Both the position numbers and the translations under genes were made by a program. This document shows positions 1 through 11,078 of a DNA stretch of 64,000 nucleotides, piece after piece. Under the pieces are notes generated by a model. It had not been told where the DNA came from and ran no database searches. It worked only from the letters and a program-made list of their open reading frames with translations. This DNA is from Pseudomonadota bacterium. Lineage in GTDB: Bacteria; Bdellovibrionota; Bdellovibrionia; Bdellovibrionales; Bdellovibrionaceae. The stretch covers positions 209,250 through 273,249 of the forward strand of contig JBEGVH010000009.1 of NCBI GenBank assembly GCA_041178425.1. Reading direction: 5' to 3'. How positions within the stretch are numbered: the first letter of the stretch is position 1; each line of letters starts with the position of its first letter.

Positions 1-443
1 AATATAATTTGCCGAGGAAAAATCAGAGAAAAGAGCAAAATCAGACCAGAGATGGCCCCCGAGGCTCCCAAGGCTGAGAGATCGGGCCGACTCATGATTG
101 TTGCTGAAACGATGGCATGGCAAAGAGAGCTAAAGGCTCCTGCCCCTAAATAAAAACAAATAAACTCTCGGCGCCCTAATAAGTTTTCGAGAAAATGGCC
201 AAAGTTATAAAGAACATACATATTTAAAAACAAATGTAAGAATAAATTATGAGAAAAAACCGCCGTAATCAGCGTCCAAAGGCGACCCTCCGATAGACTT
301 TGCCAGCTCACTAAAAAGTTTTCGATCATAAATCCTTCTGGCAAAAACAAAAGCCCCTGAGTACCATTCATAGAAAAAAACCAGAGACTAAAAATAATAA
401 TATTAATGATTAAAATAGTCTTCACCGCTGGAGCATTAAGCAT
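1..443 (-). CDS. Rhomboid-family intramembrane serine protease (3' end outside window)
   Basis: Not in the ORF track. Manual translation from the ATG at 443 (GAGGG upstream, overlapping the ftsH stop) gives [18 protein letters not shown]...GRLWTLITAVFSHNLFLHLFLNMYVL...LGASGAISG, with the rhomboid HxxxN and GxSG motifs. Confidence 0.85.
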   Translation of the reverse strand, partial: MLNAPAVKTILIINIIIFSLWFFSMNGTQGLLFLPEGFMIENFLVSWQSLSEGRLWTLITAVFSHNLFLHLFLNMYVLYNFGHFLENLLGRREFICFYLGAGAFSSLCHAIVSATIMSRPDLSALGASGAISGLILLFSLIFPRQII

Positions 444-2265
444 TTAAACCCTCTATTTTCAAGCTACTCTCTCTATGATGAGCATTCCATAAATGATTGA
501 TTATTTCTTCATCGAGCGTCTCCCTCGCTAAGAGTTCCCTCGCCGCCTCTTCTATAAATTCTTCATTTTCACGAATCACGTTATTCGCCACAACCATCGC
601 CTTTTCTAAAATGGCCTTTACTTCTAAATCAATTTCTCTTGCTGTTCCCTGACTGATTCTCGGAGACAAGTAATCATTGCTCGGATCTAAATAAGGAGCC
701 CGCCGAAGTTCGAAAGTCTCCAATCCCAGTGAATCACTCATACCAAATTGAACCACCATCGACCGGGCAATGTCACTGGCCTTTGCCAGGTCATCCGCGG
801 CGCCGGTAGAGACCGAGGTAAAAACCATCAACTCAGAGGATCTACCACCTAGGAGCACGGCAATTTTATTCATTAACTCTTTTTCATCAAGAAGATAACG
901 ATCTTCCATTGGCCGTTGTAGAGTGTAACCCAGGGCACTAAAACCCCTTGGAATGACACTGATCTTTTGCACCCGTTCAGGAACTCTCAAGGCCAGTGCA
1001 ACAGTAGCATGTCCGATCTCGTGGTAGGCCACCCGCCTTTTCTCTTGAGGACTTATCAACCTAGTCTTCTTTTCGAGCCCGGCCACGATTCTTTCTATGG
1101 CCGCGGAGAAATCCTGTTCAAAAACACTTTCGGCGTTTCTCCGAGTGGCCACAATTGCTGCTTCATTCACCAAGTTTGCCAAATCGGCTCCACTAAAACC
1201 AGAGGTCAATGCAGCGATTTTTTTTAGATCCAGCTTAGGATCGATTTTGACCTTCTTGGCATGCACCACTAAAATTTGAAAACGCCCCACTTGATCTGGA
1301 AGACTCAATAGAATCTGTCTATCAAAACGGCCTGCCCTCAAGAGAGCTGGATCTAAGATTTCTGGGCGATTTGTTGCTGCTAGCATAATCACTCCCTCTG
1401 CGGAATCAAACCCATCCATTTCGGCTAACAGTTGATTGAGAGTTTGCTCTTTTTCATCGCTGGCGCCGCTACCATACCCACCAAAAGCTCTCGATTTTCC
1501 AAGTGCATCGATTTCATCGATAAACAAAATGCATGGTGCCGCTTTGCGGGCCTTTTCAAAGAGATCTCGAACTCGAGCTGCTCCCAACCCGACAAACATT
1601 TCAACAAACTCGGAACCGTTAATTGAATAAAAGGGAACTCGGGCTTCGCCTGCCACGGCTCGAGCTAATAGTGTTTTTCCAGTTCCTGGGGCTCCCACCA
1701 ATAATACTCCTTTGGGGGCCCGGCCTCCAAGCCTGGTATAGCGCTTAGGATCTTGCAGAAAATTCACAATCTCCGACAATTCTTCTCTTGCCTCGTCAAT
1801 GCCTGCAACGTCATTAAAGGTTGTTTTTATCTCCGTTTCCATACTCGTCTTAGCCAGCGACTTAGTAACGGAAAGCAATCCCGTCGGAGCAGGGCCTAAC
1901 CGACCCGAAATAAACTTCCAAAAGATTAAGAGCAACAATATAGGAAAAAACCAAGACAGAAAAACCTGCCAAAACCCTTCCGCGCTTTCTGCCCGGATAG
2001 TCACCCCGTGAGCACTCAATTCATCCAGGAACTTAGCATCCTTAGGCACTACCGATATAAAATTAGGAGCTTCTCTCCCAGAACTTTGTTTAAAGGTTCC
2101 TTGAATGCGGTCTCCTACTATAACTACTGATTCGACCGAGCCAAGCTTAACGGAATCAAGAAACTCACTATAGGCAATGGTATTGAACACTCGCGACGAA
2201 AAAAAATAGAGATTTGCGCCATAAAGAAAAAGTATCACAAGAATAACTATACCCCAACGTTTCAT
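436..2265 (-). CDS. ftsH: ATP-dependent zinc metalloprotease FtsH
   Basis: Two N-terminal TM segments, Walker A GAPGTGKT, Walker [36 protein letters not shown] zinc motif. The ATG at 2265 follows AGGAGG. Confidence 0.95.
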   Translation of the reverse strand: MKRWGIVILVILFLYGANLYFFSSRVFNTIAYSEFLDSVKLGSVESVVIVGDRIQGTFKQSSGREAPNFISVVPKDAKFLDELSAHGVTIRAESAEGFWQVFLSWFFPILLLLIFWKFISGRLGPAPTGLLSVTKSLAKTSMETEIKTTFNDVAGIDEAREELSEIVNFLQDPKRYTRLGGRAPKGVLLVGAPGTGKTLLARAVAGEARVPFYSINGSEFVEMFVGLGAARVRDLFEKARKAAPCILFIDEIDALGKSRAFGGYGSGASDEKEQTLNQLLAEMDGFDSAEGVIMLAATNRPEILDPALLRAGRFDRQILLSLPDQVGRFQILVVHAKKVKIDPKLDLKKIAALTSGFSGADLANLVNEAAIVATRRNAESVFEQDFSAAIERIVAGLEKKTRLISPQEKRRVAYHEIGHATVALALRVPERVQKISVIPRGFSALGYTLQRPMEDRYLLDEKELMNKIAVLLGGRSSELMVFTSVSTGAADDLAKASDIARSMVVQFGMSDSLGLETFELRRAPYLDPSNDYLSPRISQGTAREIDLEVKAILEKAMVVANNVIRENEEFIEEAARELLARETLDEEIINHLWNAHHRESSLKIEGLNA

Positions 2266-2470
2266 GAAACCTCCTGCAACCACCCTTAACACGGCTCTCT
2301 ATCGCTTGAAATCGTGTGGGACATCCAAACCCAATGGGAGAGAAACCTCCCGTTCAAATTACACAGAAATCTTAGCTTTTTCTTTGCAGTCTTGGACTTC
2401 ATCCGCTAGGTTTTAGGACAAATGACGCCCGAGAAAAAATTCTGTTTTTTCAATTCAGGAAGGATGACCT

Positions 2471-3550
2471 ATGTCACAAAAACTACTCGATTTAGTAAAA
2501 CCCGGTGTTGCAACAGGAGATGATGTTCAAAAGATTTTTTCATTTTGCAAAAAAAATAAATGCGCTCTCCCTGCCGTCAATGTGATTAGCACAGACTCTG
2601 TGAATGCTGTTCTTGAATCGGCAGCAAAAGCCAAAGCTCCGGTTATTGTTCAATTCTCAAATGGTGGAGCTCAGTTTTTCGCAGGCAAAGGTCTCAAGCT
2701 CGAAGGTCAAAAGGCTCCTATTTTGGGCGCGGTTGCGGGAGCGCAGTACCTTCACACGGTAGCAGAACATTACGGTGTACCGGTGATTGTTCATACCGAT
2801 CACGCTGCAAAAAAATTATTACCCTGGATCGATGGCCTCCTCGAAATGGGAGAACAGCAATTTGAAAAAACCGGAAAGCCGCTTTTCAGCTCTCACATGT
2901 TAGATCTATCTGAGGAGAGCCTCGAAGAAAACATTGAAACTTGCGCCAAATACCTCAAGCGCATGTCTAAAATGGGAATGACACTCGAAATCGAGCTAGG
3001 TTGTACCGGCGGAGAAGAGGATGGTGTCGATAATACCGGCCTCGAGAATTCCGCCCTCTACACTCAACCAGAAGATGTGGCTTACGCGTATAAGGTGTTA
3101 AGCGCGATTAGCCCCCGCTTTACTATTGCGGCCTCATTCGGAAATGTTCACGGTGTCTATGCACCAGGAAACGTAAAACTCACACCAAAGATTTTAGAGA
3201 ATTCTCAACAATTTTTATCGCAAAAGTTTGGCGTGGCCAATAATAGCCTCGATTTTGTTTTTCACGGAGGTTCTGGTTCGAGCGCTGAGGAAATCAAAGA
3301 GTCGATCAGCTACGGCGTGGTAAAAATGAATATTGACACCGACACCCAATGGGCAACGTGGAATGGTGTGCGCGAGTATTACATTAAAAACCAAGGTTAC
3401 CTACAAGGACAAATTGGCAATCCTGAGGGCGCCGACAAACCAAATAAAAAATACTATGATCCGAGAGTATGGATACGTGCCGGACAAGCCAGCATGATTG
3501 ACCGCCTAGAGCAGGCCTTCAAAGATTTAAACTCAACCAATTCGCTTTAG
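2471..3550 (+). CDS. fbaA: Class II fructose-bisphosphate aldolase
   Basis: HTDH, SSHMLDLSEE, GNVHGVY, FHGGSG and PNKKYYDPR motifs of E. coli-type FbaA. Confidence 0.97.
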   Translation: MSQKLLDLVKPGVATGDDVQKIFSFCKKNKCALPAVNVISTDSVNAVLESAAKAKAPVIVQFSNGGAQFFAGKGLKLEGQKAPILGAVAGAQYLHTVAEHYGVPVIVHTDHAAKKLLPWIDGLLEMGEQQFEKTGKPLFSSHMLDLSEESLEENIETCAKYLKRMSKMGMTLEIELGCTGGEEDGVDNTGLENSALYTQPEDVAYAYKVLSAISPRFTIAASFGNVHGVYAPGNVKLTPKILENSQQFLSQKFGVANNSLDFVFHGGSGSSAEEIKESISYGVVKMNIDTDTQWATWNGVREYYIKNQGYLQGQIGNPEGADKPNKKYYDPRVWIRAGQASMIDRLEQAFKDLNSTNSL

Positions 3551-3570
3551 AATTTTTTAGAATTATAAAT

Positions 3571-3600
3571 AAAAAAGGGCCGATTCCAATGGCCCTTTTT
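3571..3600. terminator. Bidirectional intrinsic terminator
   Basis: AAAAAAGGGCC-loop-GGCCCTTTTT between convergent genes. Confidence 0.75.
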
Positions 3601-4259
3601 TATATTTGGGCCGCCTCAATTATTTTTAAGTCAGTCTCGGAAGTCATCGCTTCTTCCACCATCCTAAAGGCCAGTCGATCAATGTTAGTGGCCATTTTTT
3701 TTCTTAAGGTCAGAGGAACAAGATTTTCAATTTTTCGCATCAACCGAATGGATTGATGCTCGAGAAATCGATACTCCGACCGATCCCCAATCAGTAATGA
3801 CGGGCGAAAAATACAAGTACCAGGAATTCCAAGATGAATAACTCCGTTTTCTGCTTCACCTTTAACTCGGCTGTAGAAAATAAGTGAATCCGTCGCTGCC
3901 CCGACGGCCGAAACCATAATAAATTTCTTTGCCCCAAACGTTTTTGCCACTTTGGCAACATTAATTACACCGTCAAAGTCGATCTTTCTGAAAGCTTCCC
4001 GAGATCCAGCTTTTTTAATGGTAGTTCCTAAACAACAAAAATAAATATGTCCAGAAAAACGCTGATCTTCAGACTGAATCTCATCCACCGACGAAATGAG
4101 AATTTGTTCGATTCTTGGATCAGACACTGCGATTTCTCTTCGCGTGATTAACTTTACCTTAGAAAACACATCTCTCGATAGAATTTCTCTTGTTAGAGCC
4201 ATTCCCGTTAATCCGGTTGCACCTGCGACAACGGCGGTTTTTGCACTCATTTCCATCAA
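3600..4259 (-). CDS. NAD(P)-binding Rossmann oxidoreductase (YraR/HTATIP2-like)
   Basis: GATGLTG, FCCLGTTIKKAGS, YSRVKG and RPSLLIG motifs. Confidence 0.88.
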   Translation of the reverse strand: MMEMSAKTAVVAGATGLTGMALTREILSRDVFSKVKLITRREIAVSDPRIEQILISSVDEIQSEDQRFSGHIYFCCLGTTIKKAGSREAFRKIDFDGVINVAKVAKTFGAKKFIMVSAVGAATDSLIFYSRVKGEAENGVIHLGIPGTCIFRPSLLIGDRSEYRFLEHQSIRLMRKIENLVPLTLRKKMATNIDRLAFRMVEEAMTSETDLKIIEAAQI

Positions 4260-4277
4260 ACGAACTCCCTCACCATT

Positions 4278-4934
4278 TTAATTGACCTCTTTAGGGTAAA
4301 CTGCTTTTGAAATTTCGTACACCCCTTTTGCAGAGCTGAATTTGATTGAAACCCAATGTTCTAATTGTTTCTTATTTTTAGTTATTTCGTAGATTTTTCC
4401 TAACAATGAAGGGCAATCGGCTTCGGCAATTCCGCTCTCAATCCCCATCACTGATGGGATCGGTTCAACGACCAAAGATATAGCTCTGTGCTGATCATCA
4501 AAAATGTAAAATTCGGTCCAAAATTCATCTTTCCTTAAGGCCGTGGGATTTGAATTACCTCTTGAGATTTTCGACCGGCCAGTGACTTCAGTTCTCTTAT
4601 AGTGAAAGAGAAAAAGATCGCGCCCTTGGCATTTAACGTTGGTGTGCAAAAGCATAAACTGGCTAAGTTGCGATTTTTGTTTATTTTCTTTTTGCTCCAC
4701 TGATCTTTTTAATTCTTCAAACTCAGATCCGTTATTCAAGCGTATTACGGAAATCGGTAGATACGCCGGAGTGCTCTCTTGAGAGATTGTGCGAGCAGCA
4801 AGCTCGGTTTCTACGGCTCGTGCCGATTGAAAGAGAAGGGCGCTCGAAAAGGGGGGAGCCTTTGCCACAAGGTATAGCCCTAACAAAAATGAACAGAGTC
4901 CTAAAAATTGAATGATGCCTGAGTATCTCAACAT
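4278..4934 (-). CDS. Hypothetical membrane-anchored or secreted protein
   Basis: 218-aa ORF with an N-terminal hydrophobic helix, co-oriented with its neighbours. Confidence 0.65.
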   Translation of the reverse strand: MLRYSGIIQFLGLCSFLLGLYLVAKAPPFSSALLFQSARAVETELAARTISQESTPAYLPISVIRLNNGSEFEELKRSVEQKENKQKSQLSQFMLLHTNVKCQGRDLFLFHYKRTEVTGRSKISRGNSNPTALRKDEFWTEFYIFDDQHRAISLVVEPIPSVMGIESGIAEADCPSLLGKIYEITKNKKQLEHWVSIKFSSAKGVYEISKAVYPKEVN

Positions 4935-5046
4935 GGTTTACGTTCCGATTCTGATTTAAACTTGTTATTGAATGAAGCCAGACATACAAAAATTCAGTAA
5001 CAAATTCGCCTTAATTTTTATCAAGGTCAGAGATCGGGAAGCCGTT

Positions 5047-5080
5047 AAAAAAAACGGGCAGAATTTTTTACTCTGCCCGC
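5047..5080 (-). terminator. Intrinsic terminator after fadA
   Basis: CGGGCAGA...TCTGCCCG inverted repeat with an A-tract on its left (U-tract on the minus strand). Confidence 0.7.
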
Positions 5081-5102
5081 TTCACCATTTTGGAACTAAC
5101 AA

Positions 5103-6302
<1,200 letters not shown>

Positions 6303-8519
6303 TTAAGCACCATAAACATCTGTGTAAAAACCTTTACCCGCCGATGCGAGTTGCTGCATTTGAGCTGTAGGCTCATAGAGCTTGCCAAGATTTTTATACT
6401 TCTCACAAAGAGTAATAAGATTTTTCAAACCGACGCTATCTGCATACTTTAGGGCGCCTCCTCGGAAAGGAGGAAAGCCGAGCCCATAGATCAAACCAAG
6501 ATCGACTTCTATTGGCGAATCGACGATTTTTTCTTCGAGGCAGCGCGAACACTCGATAATCATTGGCAACATCATCCGCTCAATAATTTCTTCGTCGGTT
6601 ACCGTTTTGCTCTCAGTCATGATAGGCTTCAAAATCCCAACAACTTCAGGATCGAGCTCTTTTTTGGGAGCCCCCTTCTTGTCGGCAACATACTTATAGA
6701 AACCAACACCATTTTTTTGTCCAAAGCGCTTGCCCTCGTACATAACCGCAATGGCTGTTTTAAATGTAGCCTTCATTCTGTCGGGGAATGCTTCTGCTAG
6801 TACGGCATCTGCATGGTGAGCTGTATCTATTCCAACCACATCCAGAAGATACGCTGGTCCCATTGGCCATCCAAATTTCTCCATTAATTTATCAACACGA
6901 GTAAACTCAACCCCGTCGCGTAACAGCGCCATAAAGCCAGCAAAATAAGGAAACAACACTCTGTTAACTAAGAAGCCTGGGCAGTCATTCACGACAATAG
7001 CTGTTTTTCCCATCGACGTCGCATAGGCCACAGTTGTTGCAATAGCTTTCTCACTTGATTTCTTACCACGAATGACTTCAACCAACGGCATTCGATGAAC
7101 TGGATTGAAAAAGTGCATCCCACAAAAGTTCTCGGGTCTTTTTAAACCTTCAGCCAATTTGTTGATGGAAATTGTTGAGGTATTACTGGTGATAATAGCC
7201 TCTGGCTTGACGTTATTTTCGGTTTCTGTCAGCACGGCTTTTTTAATATTTTCATTTTCTACAACAGCCTCAACCACGAGATCAACATTTTTAAAATCCG
7301 CGTAGTTTAGAGTTCCTTGAATTCTTGTAAGCGTAGCTCCCATTTCAAGAGCTGACATCTTTCCACGTGAAACTTGTTTATCTAATAGCTTAGTGGCTTC
7401 GTTGTATCCAAGCTCGAGAGCTTTGGTATTAATGTCTTTCATGATGATCGGAATCTTTTTGGAAGCCGATTGGTAAGCGACCCCGCCTCCCATGATGCCG
7501 GCCCCTAAGACGGCCGTTTGATTGACTGGATTTGCTACTTTTGAAAGTTTCTTAGCCACTTTCTTTACGTACTGATCAGCTAGAAAAATACCTACCAGGC
7601 TCGAAGCCGCTGGTGTTTGAGTGACTTCCGCAAATCGTTCTGCTTCAATCTTGAGGGCGTCCTCTCTACCCAGCATGGCCCCTTTCTGCATTACTTCGAT
7701 CGCAGCAACTGGCGCTGGATAATTGGGCCCCGCTTTTCCAAGCACAAATGCCTTGGCTCCTTCAAAAACCATCACCGACTCGATAGCATTTAATTTAAGT
7801 GGCGCCTTCTTTTCTGCCTGACGCGATTGCCAGGCAATTTTTCCGGTCATTGCTTGATGAAGAACCTCAAGTGCAGATTCTCGAAGATTTTCTGGCGCAA
7901 CTACTGAATCAACAACACCTGTTTTTAAAGCTGTTTCAGCGTCATACTGTTCACCACCAGCAATCCATTCGATGGCATTATCAGCACCCACCATACGCGA
8001 AAGTCTTACCGTTCCACCCCAACCTGGAAAAATTCCCAATTTAGTTTCTGGAAGACCAATTTTTGCATTCGTCGTCATCACCCTGTAACTCGCTGCGAGT
8101 GTAAACTCACAACCTCCACCTAAGCAAATTCCATTAATGGCCATGACAGAAGGAATCGGAAGATCTTCAATATCCGAAAAAATCTTGTCTGTATCAAGGA
8201 GCCACTGAGTTAATTCAGCCTTAGTTTTTTTAAAATGAGTGAGAAATTCGGTGATATCAGCGCCGACTACGAAGACATCTTTTCCACTCGACGCAAGCAA
8301 ACCCTTAATTTTTTTAGCACCAAGATCATTTTGAATTTTCGTAACGACCTCGCGTAGTTCCTTCAGAGTCACCGCATTGAACTTGTTAACGGAATCACTC
8401 TTTAGATCTAACCGAATCTCTGCGATTTGACCGTCTGCGATTTCATTGGCTGAATGTAGAATATATTGTACAGCCTGCCCTTCGAACATAGGAACAGACT
8501 TAGTGATCGTCAATGCCAT
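6303..8519 (-). CDS. fadB: Fatty acid oxidation complex subunit alpha (enoyl-CoA hydratase / 3-hydroxyacyl-CoA dehydrogenase)
   Basis: GADITEF, GGGCE and PETKLG crotonase motifs; GAGIMGGG, SNTS and HFFNP dehydrogenase motifs. Confidence 0.95.
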   Translation of the reverse strand: MALTITKSVPMFEGQAVQYILHSANEIADGQIAEIRLDLKSDSVNKFNAVTLKELREVVTKIQNDLGAKKIKGLLASSGKDVFVVGADITEFLTHFKKTKAELTQWLLDTDKIFSDIEDLPIPSVMAINGICLGGGCEFTLAASYRVMTTNAKIGLPETKLGIFPGWGGTVRLSRMVGADNAIEWIAGGEQYDAETALKTGVVDSVVAPENLRESALEVLHQAMTGKIAWQSRQAEKKAPLKLNAIESVMVFEGAKAFVLGKAGPNYPAPVAAIEVMQKGAMLGREDALKIEAERFAEVTQTPAASSLVGIFLADQYVKKVAKKLSKVANPVNQTAVLGAGIMGGGVAYQSASKKIPIIMKDINTKALELGYNEATKLLDKQVSRGKMSALEMGATLTRIQGTLNYADFKNVDLVVEAVVENENIKKAVLTETENNVKPEAIITSNTSTISINKLAEGLKRPENFCGMHFFNPVHRMPLVEVIRGKKSSEKAIATTVAYATSMGKTAIVVNDCPGFLVNRVLFPYFAGFMALLRDGVEFTRVDKLMEKFGWPMGPAYLLDVVGIDTAHHADAVLAEAFPDRMKATFKTAIAVMYEGKRFGQKNGVGFYKYVADKKGAPKKELDPEVVGILKPIMTESKTVTDEEIIERMMLPMIIECSRCLEEKIVDSPIEVDLGLIYGLGFPPFRGGALKYADSVGLKNLITLCEKYKNLGKLYEPTAQMQQLASAGKGFYTDVYGA

Positions 8520-8686
8520 ATAAAACTCCCTGTTTTGAGTCTCTATGGTAATGCGTAGGTCTTCGGGGAGCTAGGCCGTATTTTTCGTGAAACGCAAGGC
8601 GTAAACAATTAGACTTTAGATGAGCATCATCGTATTTGGTAGAGTTTCATTGAAAAACATCCAGTTGCTCAACTTAGGTTGAGCCC

Positions 8687-8717
8687 AAAAAAAGCGCCTC
8701 TTTGAGAGACGCTTTTT
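8687..8717. terminator. Intrinsic terminator after the L,D-transpeptidase gene
   Basis: AAAAAGCGCCTC...GAGACGCTTTTT hairpin flanked by A/T tracts. Confidence 0.65.
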
Positions 8718-8744
8718 AATTTTCTTTAATTTTTATGTCTTTAA

Positions 8745-9539
8745 TTAATTCACGATAATGACAGTGCTGTAACCATTGGTGTATCGACCCGTCGACTTTC
8801 CAGCCTGATATTTAGGAACGATATCGGTGCCAACTTGGCCAATCAGATGATATAGGCGCTGAGCACGCTTTGATTCTAATCGAACACAACCATGAGAAGC
8901 TTTTTGCTTTCCAAGTCGAGAAATGGCTCGCGGCATTTCAAATTCGTTAAACGAATGAATTGCAATTCCCCCGTTAAAGAAAATCGTCCAATACATATCG
9001 ACCAACTCATATTTACTAGACATATGAACCGGCGAGAAGGAATTCACATTAAAAGTTCCAGAGGGGGTTTCAAAACCAGGTCGTCCAGTTGATGTTTTAA
9101 AGTAAAATAGGAGGCCTGTTTTTTTAATCGAAGGCAATGCTCCTTCTCGTGCAAATACGAGGATTCGTTGGCCAGGACCATATTTAGAACTACGATTCTT
9201 ATTGATAACCACAGCAATTTTAAAATCGCGATACTTAGGAAGATCTAAAGGATTTAACAAATTCACATCTTCGAGTTCTTCTTGACTAGGATCTTCGTAG
9301 CCAGCAAAGGAGCGTTCCGGCAACTCCCAATTCACCACATCAAAGTCAAAGTCAGCACACTTTTGATTGGCATAACTGGTACGAGGGGCAGTCCGACGAA
9401 CCACCGACTCACAAAGCCCGCCCATATATTCTTTAGCTTGAAGACGATCTCTAAACGTCATGCCATAATCTTGGTAATCGGCCTGAGCAAACACGGTAAA
9501 TGCGAGGGTGATGATTGTTATTGCTGATTGTAGTTTCAT
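8745..9539 (-). CDS. L,D-transpeptidase (YkuD family), secreted
   Basis: Signal peptide MKLQSAIT...VFAQA; STG..TPSG and IAIH...ASHGCVRL catalytic motifs. The ATG at 9539 follows AGGAG. Confidence 0.9.
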   Translation of the reverse strand: MKLQSAITIITLAFTVFAQADYQDYGMTFRDRLQAKEYMGGLCESVVRRTAPRTSYANQKCADFDFDVVNWELPERSFAGYEDPSQEELEDVNLLNPLDLPKYRDFKIAVVINKNRSSKYGPGQRILVFAREGALPSIKKTGLLFYFKTSTGRPGFETPSGTFNVNSFSPVHMSSKYELVDMYWTIFFNGGIAIHSFNEFEMPRAISRLGKQKASHGCVRLESKRAQRLYHLIGQVGTDIVPKYQAGKSTGRYTNGYSTVIIVN

Positions 9540-9570
9540 CGGAACTCCTTGGATAGTTGGTGTCCCTAAG

Positions 9571-9587
9571 AGCAAATAGCATTCCAA
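9571..9587 (-). promoter_or_regulatory. Putative sigma-54 -24/-12 promoter
   Basis: Minus strand reads TTGGAATGCTATTTGCT (GG-N10-GC), about 30 nt upstream of the L,D-transpeptidase ATG. Confidence 0.5.
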
Positions 9588-9854
9588 ATAAACAGTTTTA
9601 GTATAGATATCGAGACCTCTGTTATTCTCAATAGTTACGCTCGCAACCCAGAGCTATAAATTGGCGGCGCCCCTATGAAGACGCCTTAATTGGGAATTGA
9701 GCCTGAATAATTTACCACTCTTTCAATGGTAAGCACTCGAAAGGCTTATGTTTCTTTTTGTCAATGCTTCACCTTGGGACCCACCCTTGGTGAACGCCAC
9801 AAAAACCTTTACAATAAAGGATGAGCGGACGATTTGGAAATTTAATTTTAATTT

Positions 9855-10841
9855 TTGGTGACTCAAGAAGGGACACACAAAGGCTTTATGATTAGGATAA
9901 ACATCGTCACTATCGCCATCCTGCTCCTGGTTACCGGAGCGACTTTAGATTTTCATCAAGTCGCTATAGATCGTCCACTTTTTGGAACTCTCAGAAAGAG
10001 CGAAAAGGTTAAATCGATCTTAGAGCAACTAAGTTATCATCGGCGACAGAATCTCATTGCCCAACTCGATGGAGATATGGGTGATACCCTGCAGAGGACG
10101 GGCTCCTATTATACCTTATTGAGTTATCTCGGGGTCGAAAAAGATGACCTCGAAAGGCCATTGAGACAAGGTTTTGAAAATGACCTTAAAGAACTGATGG
10201 TCGAACCAGGCTACTATCGACGTTCAAACGACTTGAAGCACTGGAGCGGCGATCCACAAAATTGTAGCAGAGACCAAATGATCTCTCTTCAAACTGCCAT
10301 CGTAACCACTAGGGACATTAATCGTGGAAGAGAGATTTTTATGGCTTTTGCCAAACGAGGGTTCTTCAACCAGAATATCCGTCATAACGATACTCTCCCT
10401 GGAGACGCCAAGTACGCCTGGAAAATTCCCGATCCACCATCTCCCATGCAATTGTCTCTGATGTTGCGAGGTCTAGGAACTTGGACCGTATACCCCATGG
10501 TTTTTGTATTAGATACGGCACTGATGTTCGACGTGACTGTTTTTAGAAGACTCAACTCAAGAGAACTTTGGGATTCGGATATTAAAAATCTTCCCATCTT
10601 GATAGCGGCGAATTCTTATTTGCCAACCCCCTGGTCTGCTATTGCCATTGAGTTGTATATCGAACAACACCGCGACATCGAACGACGAGTTAACTATTAC
10701 AATGACCCCTCCAACAATGGCATTCCGCCCCTAGCAAAAATCTATTCTCTTGCCATAGAAGAACTTGCCCAACCAAACACGATAGAACCACACTCAGAGC
10801 TTGCTCATGATCGGCGCCCGGCGAGCCACCCCTTTGAATAA
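9855..10841 (+). CDS. Hypothetical secreted or membrane-anchored protein
   Basis: 328-aa ORF with an N-terminal hydrophobic segment (likely start at ATG 9888) and a C-terminal RRPAS motif. Confidence 0.7.
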   Translation: MVTQEGTHKGFMIRINIVTIAILLLVTGATLDFHQVAIDRPLFGTLRKSEKVKSILEQLSYHRRQNLIAQLDGDMGDTLQRTGSYYTLLSYLGVEKDDLERPLRQGFENDLKELMVEPGYYRRSNDLKHWSGDPQNCSRDQMISLQTAIVTTRDINRGREIFMAFAKRGFFNQNIRHNDTLPGDAKYAWKIPDPPSPMQLSLMLRGLGTWTVYPMVFVLDTALMFDVTVFRRLNSRELWDSDIKNLPILIAANSYLPTPWSAIAIELYIEQHRDIERRVNYYNDPSNNGIPPLAKIYSLAIEELAQPNTIEPHSELAHDRRPASHPFE

Positions 10842-11013
10842 ATCCAGTCCATCGAAGTTCGTGACGGGAGTCTGCCGTTTAAACTTCTGTGTCTACCAAA
10901 TTTTGTCAGAATTCTTTTTGCAAACTGCTTGTCTCATTTTCGATCTATGAAAAAGAAATAAACTACTTTTCATTTTTTGATTTTTTCAATCATCTCAAAT
11001 TGAAACAGTTTAT

Positions 11014-11030
11014 TAGGCACTCTGTTTGCT
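11014..11030 (+). promoter_or_regulatory. Putative sigma-54 -24/-12 promoter
   Basis: TAGGCACTCTGTTTGCT closely matches TGGCAC-N5-TTGCW, about 50 nt upstream of the S8 protease ATG. Confidence 0.6.
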
Positions 11031-11078
11031 CCTGTCTTTTCCTGACAACGCCGCTCCGGCAAAACAAGAAGGGGTCGA

